The notes beneath the pieces were generated by a model. That model made no database searches, was not told where the DNA came from, and was given only the letters and a program-made list of their open reading frames with translations. From a virus (taxonomy: Duplodnaviria; Caudoviricetes): a stretch of DNA of 27,415 nt. Positions 17,501 to 25,797 of the stretch are shown here, piece by piece. The stretch covers positions 1-27,415 of the IMG/VR virus record IMGVR_UViG_3300044216_000066; one strand, given 5' to 3'. The first letter of the stretch is position 1; the number at the start of each line of letters is the position of its first letter. The position numbers and the translations under genes are program-made.

Positions 17501-17602
17501 TTACTTCTTCTTTTTTCTCATAGTTTTTCTTTTCATGCCACCTTTCTTTTTATATTTAGAACTTTTGAGTTTTCCACCTCTTTTCATTCCTTTAGCTTTC
17601 AT
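17501..17602 (-). CDS. 33-aa protamine-like basic peptide (not in ORF track)
   Basis: MKAKGMKRGGKLKSSKYKKKGGMKRKTMRKKKK. It has an AAGGAG RBS and fills the gap between the lysozyme stop and the next start. Confidence 0.7.
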   Translation of the reverse strand: MKAKGMKRGGKLKSSKYKKKGGMKRKTMRKKKK

Positions 17603-17603
17603 A

Positions 17604-18047
17604 CTATTCTCCTTTTAATACTCTTTCTTTTAAACGAATCGCACGAGGACCAACTTGGGTCGCCCAACGACTATCCATCATTTCAACTGCAGCAGTTTCC
17701 CAATCATGTTCTTCTAATGCAGTTAAAAACTTTTTAAACTTTAATAATCTTGTGATACCTAGATTGAAACACATATTAGCAAGCACTCTTTGAATATCTT
17801 CGGGTAGATGAATCCACCACTCTAAGTTTCTATCTAATTCTGTAGTTACTATATTTATGTCTTTTTCAAAACACTCTTTTATTCTATCTTCAGATACTGG
17901 TGTATCTACCTCTTGACCATGTTCGGGGTCTGATTCTAATATCAAATGTCCTATACCAAATGTAGGATATCCAAGGTGGTCTAAATATATTTTATCTACA
18001 CAACCCTCATCAAAAGTTAATTCTTCTCTTAATTTATCTACGTTCAT
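17604..18047 (-). CDS. T4-type (GH24) lysozyme/endolysin
   Basis: E-x8-D-x5-T triad in EGCVDKIYLDHLGYPTFGIGHL, plus NMCFNLG and SRWATQVGPRA. The start at 18047 gives an ATGA overlap with the upstream gene. Confidence 0.92.
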   Translation of the reverse strand: MNVDKLREELTFDEGCVDKIYLDHLGYPTFGIGHLILESDPEHGQEVDTPVSEDRIKECFEKDINIVTTELDRNLEWWIHLPEDIQRVLANMCFNLGITRLLKFKKFLTALEEHDWETAAVEMMDSRWATQVGPRAIRLKERVLKGE

Positions 18048-18370
18048 CTTATCGGGACTATTGTTGCTCCGTTTGTTTTTACTGTTACTTTGCCCAGAGT
18101 CGTTGTCCCCTGAACTCCATTTTCTTCCCCAACGTATAAGTCTATCCATTCAGTTCCACTCCATAACTGTAATTGATTTGTGCTTAGATTAAAAATTATA
18201 TCTCCTTTATTAAATTTGTTCAAATTTCTTTGTGTCTCATTTACTGACAAAGTAGAGTCTATATCTTTAGAATTTAAAGATAATTCAAGAACTCTGCTTA
18301 ATCTGTTAAAAGTTTCAGGATTAACTTGTCCTTGTGCTGTTGGTAACTTAGTTTCTAAAAGTTTACTCAT
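18044..18370 (-). CDS. small virion (tail-associated) protein
   Basis: Coupled to the tail-tube gene. GDIIFNLSTNQLQLWSGTEW is a fibre-type motif. Confidence 0.6.
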   Translation of the reverse strand: MSKLLETKLPTAQGQVNPETFNRLSRVLELSLNSKDIDSTLSVNETQRNLNKFNKGDIIFNLSTNQLQLWSGTEWIDLYVGEENGVQGTTTLGKVTVKTNGATIVPIR

Positions 18371-20259
18371 TATCTTTTACCGTCTGGTTTTACGTCTAAT
18401 CTAGTAGCACCTAACCTAAAACTCATACCAGTTACACTTGTATCATCATCATTAGATTGCACCCTTAATACTGCTTGTCTTCCTCGTAATCTAGTATCTA
18501 GTTTTGTAGTATTAGAAAAACACGAAGATGTGCTCACTGTCGTTAGACTTTCTCCAGGAAAGTTTCTTTTCTTTAAAACAAAATCTAATTGTTGTCCTGA
18601 AGAACCTGTAGAACCACTACCAATAAATTTTACGTCGGGTATAACTCTATTAACGAATTGAAACATATCTCCTTCGCCTAAATCAAAATCACTAGATTCT
18701 ATAAAAACATTTTGCATTGCAGAACCATCATCATCGTTACCAACTTCATGATTAAATATACAATTAGTATTAGTTGATATTTCATGCGTTGCAATAGGTT
18801 TATCGAAGACACCTTCGTCTAACCAAGCGTTTCTAGATAATTGTCCTATAGACCATACATTTTCATCGTAATTGTAAACTACGTATCTATCTATATTGGT
18901 AGCCCCTGATGAACAATAGAACCAACCAACTTCATCAAAAGCCTTATTTGCAAAACCAAATATCTGGAAACTTTGTGTTTCATTTATATCACTAAAAACA
19001 TAATCTTGAACACTACATGGTAAACTTTGTACTTGTCCTGTATATGCATAAAAACCTTTTTTATCCATCCAAAAAATACCTTTAGGTGTATTTACTGCAG
19101 CGTTAGGACCAACTAAACCCACACCTTCATTAACTAAATTAACACCGAAAGTAAAAGGTTGTCCTACAAAACTTAATGAATATAAAGCGGTATCTGTCCA
19201 AACTAATGTTTCTTGTCTTGCTCTAATTGCACCTATGATTGCAGAACCTGCAGATAATCTTAATGACCCTGCAGTATTAGTTGGTAAAGGTTCCCATTCC
19301 GTAACATTTTCTTGGTCGCTGAAAGCTATGAGCATAGGGTCTATAGTCCCTGACCTAGACGAGCCGACGATAGGGTCAGCACCAAAACAGATAACGTGTC
19401 TATCTATATCACTAACTAAAACTTGAAGTGCTACAGTTGGTGGTAAATTAGCACCTGATAAATCTGATAATGCTACTGCTCTAGTGCTAGTTCCATCACT
19501 TGTGTCCCAGTAATAAACACCACCGTTTCTTGGATTAAATACTAAATCTTCTCCGAAGTTGTCGTGGGAGTATAGTCTTAATTGGTTTGAAAAAGTTAAA
19601 GATTGTTGGGAACCAAATGTGCCTTCACCCCAACCACCTACGCCCCAACCAGTCGAAGGAACATAAACATCTAAGCCAACATTTATTTGATAGGCACCTA
19701 CAACAGATGAACCACCATTCCCACTATCAGAAGAGTTTGCTGTTACGGTAGCTCCAGAAGTATCTTTAGCCTCGATAGTATAGCTATTAGTATTAACTAT
19801 AGTTGCGATTTGATATTCTTGATTTAAAACAGCAGCAGTTATGTTGCCACCTAAACTAGATGCACCACTAAATGTTACAAAATCGTTTTTAACTGCACCG
19901 TGAGATGTGTCAGTAACAGTAATCGTAGCGTCGCCATTTGTTGCTGCAAATGTTACGTCTCCTGCAGCTGTTGTAGTTCTTATCGGAGTTACATCATAAT
20001 AGAGATTACCGTCTAATATGTAGTATTTTTGTGTTGCACCTATACCTACATACTTTGTGCCATCTAGTGCAGTCCATGCATGTAAAGCTCTACCACGTGA
20101 TATAAAAGTAGAAGATGTTCTTTTCGCCCATCCACCTATTTTTTCTGGAAGCCCTTTTCTAAAACGCACTAAATTACTATCAAACCAACCGCCTTCATTA
20201 GCATAAGCAGTAAGTTCTTTGTTAATTCCTGGTTTGAAAATAAATTTCTGTAAAGGCAC
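18370..20259 (-). CDS. tail tubular B / P22 gp10-like stabilisation (nozzle) protein with inserted beta domain
   Basis: N-terminal KPGINKE..VRFRKGLPEKIGGW and beta-propeller-like blades (FSDQENVTEW, FWMDKKGFY, EVGWFY). Insert TITVTDTSHG..DFVTFSGA..LNQEYQI resembles FCCH-like domains. Confidence 0.7.
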   Translation of the reverse strand: MPLQKFIFKPGINKELTAYANEGGWFDSNLVRFRKGLPEKIGGWAKRTSSTFISRGRALHAWTALDGTKYVGIGATQKYYILDGNLYYDVTPIRTTTAAGDVTFAATNGDATITVTDTSHGAVKNDFVTFSGASSLGGNITAAVLNQEYQIATIVNTNSYTIEAKDTSGATVTANSSDSGNGGSSVVGAYQINVGLDVYVPSTGWGVGGWGEGTFGSQQSLTFSNQLRLYSHDNFGEDLVFNPRNGGVYYWDTSDGTSTRAVALSDLSGANLPPTVALQVLVSDIDRHVICFGADPIVGSSRSGTIDPMLIAFSDQENVTEWEPLPTNTAGSLRLSAGSAIIGAIRARQETLVWTDTALYSLSFVGQPFTFGVNLVNEGVGLVGPNAAVNTPKGIFWMDKKGFYAYTGQVQSLPCSVQDYVFSDINETQSFQIFGFANKAFDEVGWFYCSSGATNIDRYVVYNYDENVWSIGQLSRNAWLDEGVFDKPIATHEISTNTNCIFNHEVGNDDDGSAMQNVFIESSDFDLGEGDMFQFVNRVIPDVKFIGSGSTGSSGQQLDFVLKKRNFPGESLTTVSTSSCFSNTTKLDTRLRGRQAVLRVQSNDDDTSVTGMSFRLGATRLDVKPDGKR

Positions 20260-20267
20260 TTTAACTC

Positions 20268-20450
20268 CTAAATAAAACTAGCAAATACTATAGAGCCTAG
20301 TATAAACGGATAAACCCCCCATAACAACATTTCTAATCTTTTAAATTTAGCAGAACCTTCGTCTAATCTTTTTTCTATATATTCATAACGTATTGCACAT
20401 TCTCTTTCATGTGCATTAAGCTCTGCTAAAGCGTCCTTTACAGTAGGCAC
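20268..20450 (-). CDS. small coiled-coil protein with C-terminal TM helix (possible lysis accessory)
   Basis: HERECAIRY..IEKRL..RLE followed by MLLWGVYPFILGSIVFASFI. Confidence 0.6.
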   Translation of the reverse strand: MPTVKDALAELNAHERECAIRYEYIEKRLDEGSAKFKRLEMLLWGVYPFILGSIVFASFI

Positions 20451-20611
20451 TATTTATCCTTTGCTTTACCTATATTAAGAGCACACCAATCGATAATTTT
20501 GTAAATATGACTAAACCAATGGTCATCTTTTGGTGTAGGTGTTATAGCTGCTATGACTGAAGCTATAGATATTATTGCTGTAATCCACATAATTATGTTT
20601 AACCACATCAT
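20450..20611 (-). CDS. 53-aa membrane protein, holin-like (not in ORF track)
   Basis: MMWLNIIMWITAIISIASVIAAITPTPKDDHWFSHIYKIIDWCALNIGKAKDK. GGAGG RBS; TAGTG overlap with the next gene. Confidence 0.7.
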   Translation of the reverse strand: MMWLNIIMWITAIISIASVIAAITPTPKDDHWFSHIYKIIDWCALNIGKAKDK

Positions 20612-20612
20612 T

Positions 20613-20861
20613 TTAATTTTCCTCCTCTAGAGTATTATCGTTTAAAACTTCATCTGCTTGTTCTTTTGTTGATTTAATAAAAGCATCATTAAACACACTT
20701 AAACTAGCATTGATTTGGTCTAATTGAAATTCTGTTTGTTGTTTCTTATTATTCAAATCAAGTATTTGTCTGTGAAAATATTGTTGTTGTGGTGTTAAAT
20801 CGGAAACTTTCATTTCTTTATCATCTAACACTACGACTGGTTCTTGGTTTTGTTGAGTCAT
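20613..20861 (-). CDS. small coiled-coil hypothetical protein
   Basis: AAGGAG RBS. Heptad-like QILDLNNKKQQTEFQLDQI. Confidence 0.65.
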   Translation of the reverse strand: MTQQNQEPVVVLDDKEMKVSDLTPQQQYFHRQILDLNNKKQQTEFQLDQINASLSVFNDAFIKSTKEQADEVLNDNTLEEEN

Positions 20862-20871
20862 TTTTTTCTCC

Positions 20872-21219
20872 TTATGAACTTAATGTTTTAATTACACTAG
20901 ATGGACTTATCTTTTCAGATATTTCTGCATCTAATCCAGTTTTTATTTCAGTTACTTTTTCACTACCTAATGCAGATTCTACCCAACCTTGAACATCACT
21001 AGCTTTTAAATTAGACCATAAGATAAAACTAGATAAATCAGATATATCTAATGACTGAGCACCGTAAGCAGTAGCTGTCCAATTATTTCCATCACTATCT
21101 TTATTAGTATCGTCTGTTGCAGTAAGTTGCCAATGCACATTATGTACTACATTAGATTTACCACTTTTTGTTGGGTATGTATCACAAGTTTTACAGTCCC
21201 ATTCGTAAGATATTGCCAT
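20872..21219 (-). CDS. hypothetical protein downstream of tail fibre (possible fibre assembly/tip protein)
   Basis: AGGA RBS and NVVHNVHW..VQGWVESALG. Function inferred from position. Confidence 0.6.
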   Translation of the reverse strand: MAISYEWDCKTCDTYPTKSGKSNVVHNVHWQLTATDDTNKDSDGNNWTATAYGAQSLDISDLSSFILWSNLKASDVQGWVESALGSEKVTEIKTGLDAEISEKISPSSVIKTLSS

Positions 21220-21239
21220 ATTTATTTTCCTTTATTTTG

Positions 21240-23360
21240 TTATCCTTCAAGAGCTTCTACTCTTGTTTTTAAATCAGCTAATGTTGTTTGTATATCTGAA
21301 ATAATAGTTTTATGTGTATGACTGTCCATATTTGAATTTTCAGTATAAATAAGTTTTTCACCTACTAAATCTTCTACTTTTCTAACGACTTTAGCCATAT
21401 CAACATTTATACCTTGTAATTGGTCAGGATTATCAGGATTAGGTTTTTGCGACCAATAAGTCCAAGCTAATTCTTCTGATGGTCCTTCTTCAATTAACGT
21501 CCAATTATGCGGTGTAAGTTGTGTATTGTTATGTGAAGAATCAACAGCGAATAATTCACCACCTCTATTCATTAAAACACAAGCATTAGTTAAGGCTTGT
21601 GTAACTGCACCTGAAGATGACGGACCAATTACAAAACAATTATTTGTTTGTGGGTTATTTGATTGTGGTGATTCTGATGTATTAAATTTAAATCGTGAAT
21701 AAGCAGCATCTATAAAAAACTGGTCTTGTTGTGTATTCTCTGAAATTGTAACAAATTTAAATCCAATAGCTGTCTGACCTGCTGTTGCACCACCACCTTG
21801 GAAAAAACTTTTTATTTGTGCAGGTTGGTCAGTAGCAAAACCAGTTCTACCCATTCTAAAATTAATAGATTGAGAGGACGCATCACCCCTAGTGCCAAAA
21901 CCATCAAAATCAATCATGGCTGTATCTGCACCTTCAGAAATGTTACCATTAAAAACTAATTTTGCATTACCTGTATCGTTTGTCCCTATGCCAACATTAC
22001 CATTTGAAGCAATACGTACTTTTTCGCTTGAATTCGTCTGAAAAATTATACCGCCAGAACCAACACCCGTACCATTATTAATAATTAAGTCGCCAACACT
22101 TCCATTAGCCTGAGCGTAAATCTGTGAAGTCATTGCGCTAGAATCACCAGGACTTAACCAAAGACCCCCACCAGAAGAACCATTTATAACAACTGTGGTA
22201 ATATTAGTACCTAATGACCTATCCACTGTACTACCAATACCTACAGTTCCTGATGCATTTACACGCATTTTTTCTGCGATATTATCTGCTGATGAAGTGT
22301 AAAAAATTAACAAACCATCATCTTTATTAGTTGTATCACTACCTGTTGCAGAAGCTATCATAGCAACAGTTGTGCCATTCCACTTGCTTTGTATCTCGCC
22401 TATAGAACTTCCTGCACCAGACCTATTAGCATCAAATATAATTGCATTTGAAGTATTACCAGTGCTTTTTATTGTTATACCTTCATCACCAGCATCTGTA
22501 AAAATGTGTAGATTATTTGCTGGACTACTCGTACCAATTCCAACCTTATTATTAAATACAGCAGTACCAGCATCAGACATATCAAGAGTAAGAGCGGTGA
22601 TACCAGAGCCACCATCGTTACCTTTAAATAATATATCTTTATCTTGTACTCTTGACTCCATGACAAAATCACTACTAGAGTTTTCAAATAAACCATAAGT
22701 TACACTATCATCTGCAACAAATACTTTTCCGTCATCATCTGCATTTAATGTAATGTTACCAGCCACATCTACTGTTAGGTTGCCACTGGATAAATCTATT
22801 TCTGTCCCGTCAATAGTTATGTTATCTATTGAGACACCTGCATCTGCTGTAACTGCACCTGTAACTCCTAAAGTACCGCCTATGGTAGCGTTACCGCTTG
22901 CACTTAATACGTCTATTGTAGTTGTGCCTGCTAAGTTTAAATCAGTAAACGCATCAACTATAGCTGCACCAGAACCAGCACCATCAGAGTAAACGGCTTT
23001 TACATGACCAGCAGGTATAGTTACATTAGAACCACTACCTTGTGAAATAATTATATTTTGTGAACCGCTAGTACCATTTTCTATAAACCAAAGTTTAGAT
23101 ACTGTGTTTGGACCAAGTGTAATCGTACAAGCACTATCAAGAGTACCTGTATATTTTAAATAAATACTTCTACCTTCGTCTGTTGAACCGTCTGCTATTG
23201 TAGTTGCATGAGTGTCTGCGTTTGTGGTGATAGCCTCAGTGCCAAAACTAAATGCCTCTGCGATAAGCTCTAAATTAGTGTTGGTGCTTGTTCCCCAAGT
23301 TCCTGATTCATCACCAGTTGCGATTTCTTTTAATCTTAAATCATTTGTATATGCTGCCAT
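21240..23360 (-). CDS. tail fibre / receptor-binding protein
   Basis: N-terminal ATGDESGTWGTSTNTNL anchor, VGIG(T/S) fibre repeats preceded by EKMRV/EKVRI, Gly/Ser/Thr-rich composition, and C-terminal coiled coil LADLKTRVEALE. Confidence 0.85.
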   Translation of the reverse strand: MAAYTNDLRLKEIATGDESGTWGTSTNTNLELIAEAFSFGTEAITTNADTHATTIADGSTDEGRSIYLKYTGTLDSACTITLGPNTVSKLWFIENGTSGSQNIIISQGSGSNVTIPAGHVKAVYSDGAGSGAAIVDAFTDLNLAGTTTIDVLSASGNATIGGTLGVTGAVTADAGVSIDNITIDGTEIDLSSGNLTVDVAGNITLNADDDGKVFVADDSVTYGLFENSSSDFVMESRVQDKDILFKGNDGGSGITALTLDMSDAGTAVFNNKVGIGTSSPANNLHIFTDAGDEGITIKSTGNTSNAIIFDANRSGAGSSIGEIQSKWNGTTVAMIASATGSDTTNKDDGLLIFYTSSADNIAEKMRVNASGTVGIGSTVDRSLGTNITTVVINGSSGGGLWLSPGDSSAMTSQIYAQANGSVGDLIINNGTGVGSGGIIFQTNSSEKVRIASNGNVGIGTNDTGNAKLVFNGNISEGADTAMIDFDGFGTRGDASSQSINFRMGRTGFATDQPAQIKSFFQGGGATAGQTAIGFKFVTISENTQQDQFFIDAAYSRFKFNTSESPQSNNPQTNNCFVIGPSSSGAVTQALTNACVLMNRGGELFAVDSSHNNTQLTPHNWTLIEEGPSEELAWTYWSQKPNPDNPDQLQGINVDMAKVVRKVEDLVGEKLIYTENSNMDSHTHKTIISDIQTTLADLKTRVEALEG

Positions 23361-23380
23361 ATTGTCCTCCGACTTGTTTG

Positions 23381-23409
23381 ATTGTACACTATATTTTTCA
23401 AAATATTAA
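23381..23409 (-). promoter_or_regulatory. candidate internal promoter TTAATA-N17-TACAAT
   Basis: On the minus strand, TTAATA (23409-23404), 17 nt and TACAAT (23386-23381) precede the GGAGG RBS of the tail fibre. Confidence 0.4.
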
Positions 23410-24068
23410 GCAACTTCTTGCCAATTAGGTGTTTGAGTAGTAGAAACATCACTATAATTAGCTGTTTGTGAGTCGTCTACTAATCCCCAAACATTAACTT
23501 TTTGTGTTCCACCTGTAGCACTAACGCCAGTTACTGTAGTTAAAGCCTTTGCTATTATTGTTGGAGTTCCTAAACTTGTTGTTCCTGTTAGCCCAGATAC
23601 TGCTAATATATTATTAGTGATTAAACTTATACTACCTAGTGCACTCGTTCCTGATAAACCAGTGACTTCTACTGTGGCTCCAGCAGTTACTGACTCGTCT
23701 CCTAAAGTACCAACCGACGCAGAACCTGAAACTCCTGTTACTGCCGCACCTGCAGTTATTGCATTACCTAAAGCTGATGTACCAGTATTACCTGTAACAG
23801 AAGTATTAGACGAAGCTGCTACAGTTTCATCTCCTAATGTGCCTGTTCCTGCAACTCCCGTAAGAGATAAATTAGCCGTACCAGTAACTGTTACACTACC
23901 AAGAGTAGACGTAGCACCAACCCCAGTTTCAACAACTAGAGCTTTAGCTATAACTGTTTCGTTACCTAGTGCAGAAGTACCAGTAACACCAGTAACTTCT
24001 ACTATGGTTACTGCGGGCTGACCCCAAGGTCCATCACCCCAACCAGCACGACCCCAACCTGCCGACAT
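23406..24068 (-). CDS. Gly/Thr/Val-rich virion protein with WG N-terminus and 22-aa repeats
   Basis: GWGRAGWGDGPWG followed by seven full repeats and one partial 22-aa repeat (VTGxxGTSALGxxTV...). AGGAG RBS. Confidence 0.75.
   Translation of the reverse strand: MSAGWGRAGWGDGPWGQPAVTIVEVTGVTGTSALGNETVIAKALVVETGVGATSTLGSVTVTGTANLSLTGVAGTGTLGDETVAASSNTSVTGNTGTSALGNAITAGAAVTGVSGSASVGTLGDESVTAGATVEVTGLSGTSALGSISLITNNILAVSGLTGTTSLGTPTIIAKALTTVTGVSATGGTQKVNVWGLVDDSQTANYSDVSTTQTPNWQEVA
23490..23996 (-). repeat. degenerate 66-nt (22-aa) tandem repeat array
   Basis: Gap-free 22-residue periodicity of the G and LG positions in the translation. Confidence 0.8.
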
Positions 24069-24076
24069 TTAAACTC

Positions 24077-24508
24077 CTATGCTATTCTTATGATAGCGTT
24101 CGAGGCGTCTGCTGTGGGGAATTGTATTGTAAAATCTCCATTTGTTGAAGTTTTGTCTCCACCAAATGCCAATACTGCTACAGCAGGGTCGCCTGAAGCA
24201 CTATCATTAAATATTAATGCACCATTCGCAGTTATTGTTGCAGAACTAAAAGTTAAATCTGCAAAATCTGTCAAGGCAGTCGTGCCTGATGTTGTGGGTG
24301 TTACATTTGTTAATGCTCCACCTTTTGCAGTGTAACCAGTTCCACTAACCTCATTACTTGTTGTATATGCAGTAGTGCTAGCGTCTAATGACGCAGAACT
24401 TGTATATAAAGCAAGATTAAATGTATTACCACTCGAATTAGTAAAATTGTGTGTAGCTGTCATCAATTCTTTTTTAAATGAAGTACACATCGCTTGTGTT
24501 ATTGCCAT
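24077..24508 (-). CDS. conserved-type phage structural protein (beta-rich)
   Basis: FNLALYTS..NEVSGTGYTAKG..DFADLTF..ITANGALIF pattern seen in phage minor structural proteins. Confidence 0.65.
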   Translation of the reverse strand: MAITQAMCTSFKKELMTATHNFTNSSGNTFNLALYTSSASLDASTTAYTTSNEVSGTGYTAKGGALTNVTPTTSGTTALTDFADLTFSSATITANGALIFNDSASGDPAVAVLAFGGDKTSTNGDFTIQFPTADASNAIIRIA

Positions 24509-24798
24509 TACAGCCTCCTTATAATATTAGCCATATCTTTATGACCTTGTTTATCTAATAAACCTGCTACTGTGGCTCTGTCGCTCATAATAGCTTGTTT
24601 TAAATATAATAAAACGACTTGTGTCATATTATCTTTAAATGCTTGTGCCTGTGCTTTTACTTCAGGTGTCGCATTATCGCTAATACTAATAAGTCTTTCC
24701 ATTATTCTCTCTGTCCAGTATTCTGGACTTAAACCTTTATTTTGGGTGGTTTGTACATTTATATCACCCACAGTTGTTTTTACATCTACACTAAACAT
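24508..24798 (-). CDS. hypothetical phage protein
   Basis: Coupled on both sides, with an AGGAG RBS. Confidence 0.65.
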   Translation of the reverse strand: MFSVDVKTTVGDINVQTTQNKGLSPEYWTERIMERLISISDNATPEVKAQAQAFKDNMTQVVLLYLKQAIMSDRATVAGLLDKQGHKDMANIIRRL

Positions 24799-25456
24799 TC
24801 ATCGCTCCTGGATTAATTTTTGGTTGGTCGTTTCTAGCTTCATCTCTAACATTTTTATACTCACCTAATAACTTCAATGTAGCAAGAGCTTCTTGAAATT
24901 TACTCTCATACAGGGCTATAGTTTGTGGGTCTGATTTCATAAATAATGCTCCTTCTACTAAACTACCAAATAACATAGCATTCGGTGCATTTTCGGATAA
25001 CCAACTTTGCCCACTATCTCCCAAAGTCGTCAAAGAATTAGGTCTATAGTAGTAATGTAGTTCTACAGTATAATCACTATTTGGTGTAGGTGCTACTATA
25101 AATGTACTATCATCGAACTGTGCATAGTAAAGGGGTTTGCCTGTTGAGGCTTGTTGTGGTGTGTAATCTCTAATAAACGAAACTTGTTTTAATAACAGAT
25201 ATGAATAATTATTACTACCGTCTATTAAAGCAAGACTAAAAGTCGATAAATAATCAGTAGGAGTTGATAAATAAGTGTTGTTTTGTGTAAGTGTTCCTTC
25301 TACATTTTTACGAAATACAGGTAATTGAACATTTTTAAGTATTCTTTCTTCAGTAGTTTGTATAAAATTATTCAAATTATTAGTAAAAGTTGTTTCATTA
25401 TTATCTAAATAATCTTGTATCGCTGTTTTTAATGTGCTGTATGTAAATCCTGCCAT
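24791..25456 (-). CDS. head-tail adaptor / tail tubular protein A-like
   Basis: Pattern YSTLKTAIQDY..FIQTTEERI..PTDYL..GKPLYYA..APTP..WLSENAP..LFGSLVE. Confidence 0.65.
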   Translation of the reverse strand: MAGFTYSTLKTAIQDYLDNNETTFTNNLNNFIQTTEERILKNVQLPVFRKNVEGTLTQNNTYLSTPTDYLSTFSLALIDGSNNYSYLLLKQVSFIRDYTPQQASTGKPLYYAQFDDSTFIVAPTPNSDYTVELHYYYRPNSLTTLGDSGQSWLSENAPNAMLFGSLVEGALFMKSDPQTIALYESKFQEALATLKLLGEYKNVRDEARNDQPKINPGAMNV

Positions 25457-25797
25457 TATGTAATACTCACTGTTACGCTGCCTAAACCTGTGACAGCTTT
25501 TGTGCCCTCTAGTTTACTACCAATAGGGTCACTTTGAAAAGTCATTCCAGCAGCAGCTTGGTTGGTTGTTTTAACTAAACCTAATTGTGTTTGTGGTAAA
25601 TCAACTTCTGGTCTTGGTTGGTGTAGGGCTTCAGCATCAGCAGTAAGCGGTGGTGGGTCTAACTGTGGATGTTTTGGCTCATAACACTCACGACAAACTT
25701 TAGAATTATCCCATGTCATTCTAGCATTAGTATATCTATACCTAAATCCACAAACATCACATATAAAATATGCATATTTACCAGAAGCGTAAGACAT
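25456..25797 (-). CDS. Zn-ribbon (CxxC...CxxC) phage protein
   Basis: ICDVCGFRY ... VCRECYEPKHPQL. Confidence 0.75.
   Translation of the reverse strand: MSYASGKYAYFICDVCGFRYRYTNARMTWDNSKVCRECYEPKHPQLDPPPLTADAEALHQPRPEVDLPQTQLGLVKTTNQAAAGMTFQSDPIGSKLEGTKAVTGLGSVTVSIT

Noticed and set aside
18048-18149. 34-aa N-terminal extension of the lysozyme (possible SAR/signal region)
   Set aside because: It is polar, lies inside the upstream gene, and the ATG at 18047 gives a standard ATGA coupling.
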